From IMG/VR virus record IMGVR_UViG_2663763534_000001: a stretch of 30,585 bases of DNA; one strand, written 5' to 3'. The first letter of the stretch is position 1, and each line of letters opens with the position of its first letter. The translations under genes were made by a program, and so were the position numbers. A model generated the notes under the pieces. The model saw nothing but the letters and a program-made list of their open reading frames with translations. It did not search any database and was not told where the DNA came from. The DNA comes from a virus. Taxonomy: Duplodnaviria > Heunggongvirae > Uroviricota > Caudoviricetes. Of this stretch, positions 28,769-30,585 are shown one piece after another.

Positions 28769-29509
28769 ATGCCAACACCAAATCCTCTGGCACCGGTGAA
28801 AGGGGCCGGGACCACACTGTGGGTTTATAACGGGAGCGGCGACCCTTACGCAAACCCGCTTTCAGACGTTGACTGGTCGCGTCTGGCAAAGGTTAAAGAC
28901 CTGACGCCCGGCGAACTGACCGCTGAGTCCTATGACGACAGCTATCTCGATGATGAAGATGCGGACTGGACTGCGACCGGACAGGGGCAGAAATCAGCCG
29001 GAGATACCAGCTTCACGCTGGCGTGGATGCCCGGAGAGCAGGGGCAGCAGGCGCTGCTGGCGTGGTTTAATGAAGGTGATACCCGTGCCTATAAAATCCG
29101 CTTCCCGAACGGCACGGTCGATGTGTTCCGCGGCTGGGTCAGCAGCATCGGTAAGGCGGTGACAGCGAAGGAAGTGATCACCCGTACGGTGAAGGTCACC
29201 AATGTGGGCCGTCCGTCAATGGCAGAAGATCGCAGCACGGTAACAGCGGCAACCGGCATGACCGTGACGCCTGCCAGCACCTCGGTGGTTAAAGGGCAGA
29301 GCACGACGCTGACCGTGGCATTCCAGCCGGAAGGCGCAACCGACAAGAGCTTCCGTGCGGTGTCTGCGGATAAAACAAAAGCCACCGTGTCGGTCAGTGG
29401 TATGACCATCACCGTGAAAGGTGTTGCTGCAGGCAAGGTCAACATTCCGGTCGTATCCGGTAATGGTGAGTTTGCTGCGGTTGCAGAAATCAACGTCACC
29501 GCCAGTTAA
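28769..29509 (+). CDS. V: Major tail tube protein V (with C-terminal Ig-like domain)
   Basis: ATG at 28769 gives a 246-aa product ([20 protein letters not shown]...), lambda gpV-like. Confidence 0.85.
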   Translation: MPTPNPLAPVKGAGTTLWVYNGSGDPYANPLSDVDWSRLAKVKDLTPGELTAESYDDSYLDDEDADWTATGQGQKSAGDTSFTLAWMPGEQGQQALLAWFNEGDTRAYKIRFPNGTVDVFRGWVSSIGKAVTAKEVITRTVKVTNVGRPSMAEDRSTVTAATGMTVTPASTSVVKGQSTTLTVAFQPEGATDKSFRAVSADKTKATVSVSGMTITVKGVAAGKVNIPVVSGNGEFAAVAEINVTAS

Positions 29510-29524
29510 TCCGGAGAATCAGCG

Positions 29525-29947
29525 ATGTTCCTGAAAACCGAATCATTTGAACATAACGGCGTGACCGTCACGCTTTCTGAACTGTCAGCCCTGCAGCGTA
29601 TTGAGCATCTCGCCCTGATGAAACGGCAGGCAGAACAGGCGGAGTCAGACAGCAACCGGAAGTTTACTGTGGAAGACGCCATCAGAACCGGTGCTTTTGT
29701 GGTGGCGATGTCCCTGTGGCATAACCATCCACAGAAGACAAAGCAGCCGTCCATGAATGAAGCCGTTAAACAGATTGAGCAGGAAGTGCTTACCACCTGG
29801 CCCGCGGAGGCAATTTCTCATGCTGAAAACGTGGTGTACCGGCTGTCCGGTATGTATGAGTTTGTGGTGAATGATACTCCTGAACAGGCAGATGACGCCG
29901 GGCCTGCAGAGCCTGTTTCTGCGGGAAAGTGTTCGACGGTGAGCTGA
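29525..29947 (+). CDS. G: Tail assembly chaperone G
   Basis: 140-aa protein (MFLKTESFEHNGVTVTLSELSALQRIEHL...), lambda gpG-like, ending just after the slippery heptamer. Confidence 0.85.
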   Translation: MFLKTESFEHNGVTVTLSELSALQRIEHLALMKRQAEQAESDSNRKFTVEDAIRTGAFVVAMSLWHNHPQKTKQPSMNEAVKQIEQEVLTTWPAEAISHAENVVYRLSGMYEFVVNDTPEQADDAGPAEPVSAGKCSTVS

Positions 29948-30259
29948 GTTTTGCCCTGAAACTGGCGCGTGAGATGGGGCGACCTGACTGGCGCGCCATG
30001 CTTGCCGGGATGTCATCCACAGAGTATGCCGACTGGCACCGCTTTTACAGTACCCATTATTTTCATGATGTTCTGCTGGATATGCACTTTTCCGGGCTGA
30101 CGTACACCGTGCTCAGCCTGTTTTTCAGCGATCCGGATATGCATCCGCTGGATTTCAGTCTGCTGAACCGGCGTGAGGCTGACGAAGAGCCTGAAGATGA
30201 TGTGCTGATGCAGAAAGCGGCAGGGCTTGCCGGAGGCGTCCGCTTTGCCCCGGACGGAA
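29525..30259 (+). CDS. T: Tail assembly chaperone GT, programmed -1 frameshift product (3 prime end lost in the N gap)
   Basis: Slippery heptamer GGGAAAG at 29923..29929 in the G frame. The -1 frame continues as ...VFDGELSFALKLAREMGRPDW... (lambda gpT-like) up to the N run. Confidence 0.65.
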
Positions 30260-30386
30260 ATGAAGTTANNNNNNNNNNNNNNNNNNNNNNNNNNNNNNNN
30301 NNNNNNNNNNNNNNNNNNNNNNNNNNNNNNNNNNNNNNNNNNNNNNNNNNNNNNNNNNNNNNNNNNNNNNNNNNNNNNNNNNNNNN
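30260..30386. other. Assembly gap (127 N)
   Basis: Run of n characters. Removes the T 3 prime end and the H 5 prime end. Confidence 0.99.
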
Positions 30387-30585
30387 CGGCAGTCGTTGAA
30401 CAGTCGATGAACCGGCAGGCGCTGGCTGCACAGAAAGCGGGGATTTCCGTCGGGCAGTATAAAGCCGCCATGCGTATGCTGCCTGCACAGTTCACCGACG
30501 TGGCCACGCAGCTTGCAGGCGGGCAAAGTCCGTGGCTGATCCTGCTGCAACAGGGGGGTCAGGTGAAGGACTCCTTCGGCGGGAT
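30387..30585 (+). CDS. H: Tail tape measure protein H, internal fragment (5 prime end in gap, 3 prime end beyond window)
   Basis: Frame from 30389 reads [65 protein letters not shown], matching the N-terminal region of lambda gpH. Confidence 0.8.

Noticed and set aside
30260-30386. N run as a biological feature
   Set aside because: It is an assembly gap. The T 3 prime end and H 5 prime end are missing because of it, not because of truncation in the element.

Overview
This window reads as one arm of an N15-type linear plasmid-prophage from an enterobacterial host, annotated from sequence alone with no database searches run. It starts at a telomere half-site and runs through protelomerase telN, a coupled small-ORF operon, the repA primase-helicase, a cB/cro/Q-like immunity switch, accessory genes, a Gp49/HigB-like toxin-antitoxin pair, an orphan DNA methyltransferase and a lysis cassette. 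A low-GC two-gene cassette bracketed by ~211-bp direct repeats follows, then cos and a lambda-like head/tail module (Nu1 to H) broken by a 127-nt N gap. Two dispersed palindrome families stand out: five F sopC-like centromere sites (TGCGACC-N2-GGTCGCA) and three GTGAC-N2-GTCAC sites. The best candidate for an undescribed system is the repeat-bracketed cassette at 17977..19411 (a 286-aa protein plus a 149-aa membrane protein). Family names and lambda/N15 comparisons rest on recalled motifs and sequences, not on alignments.
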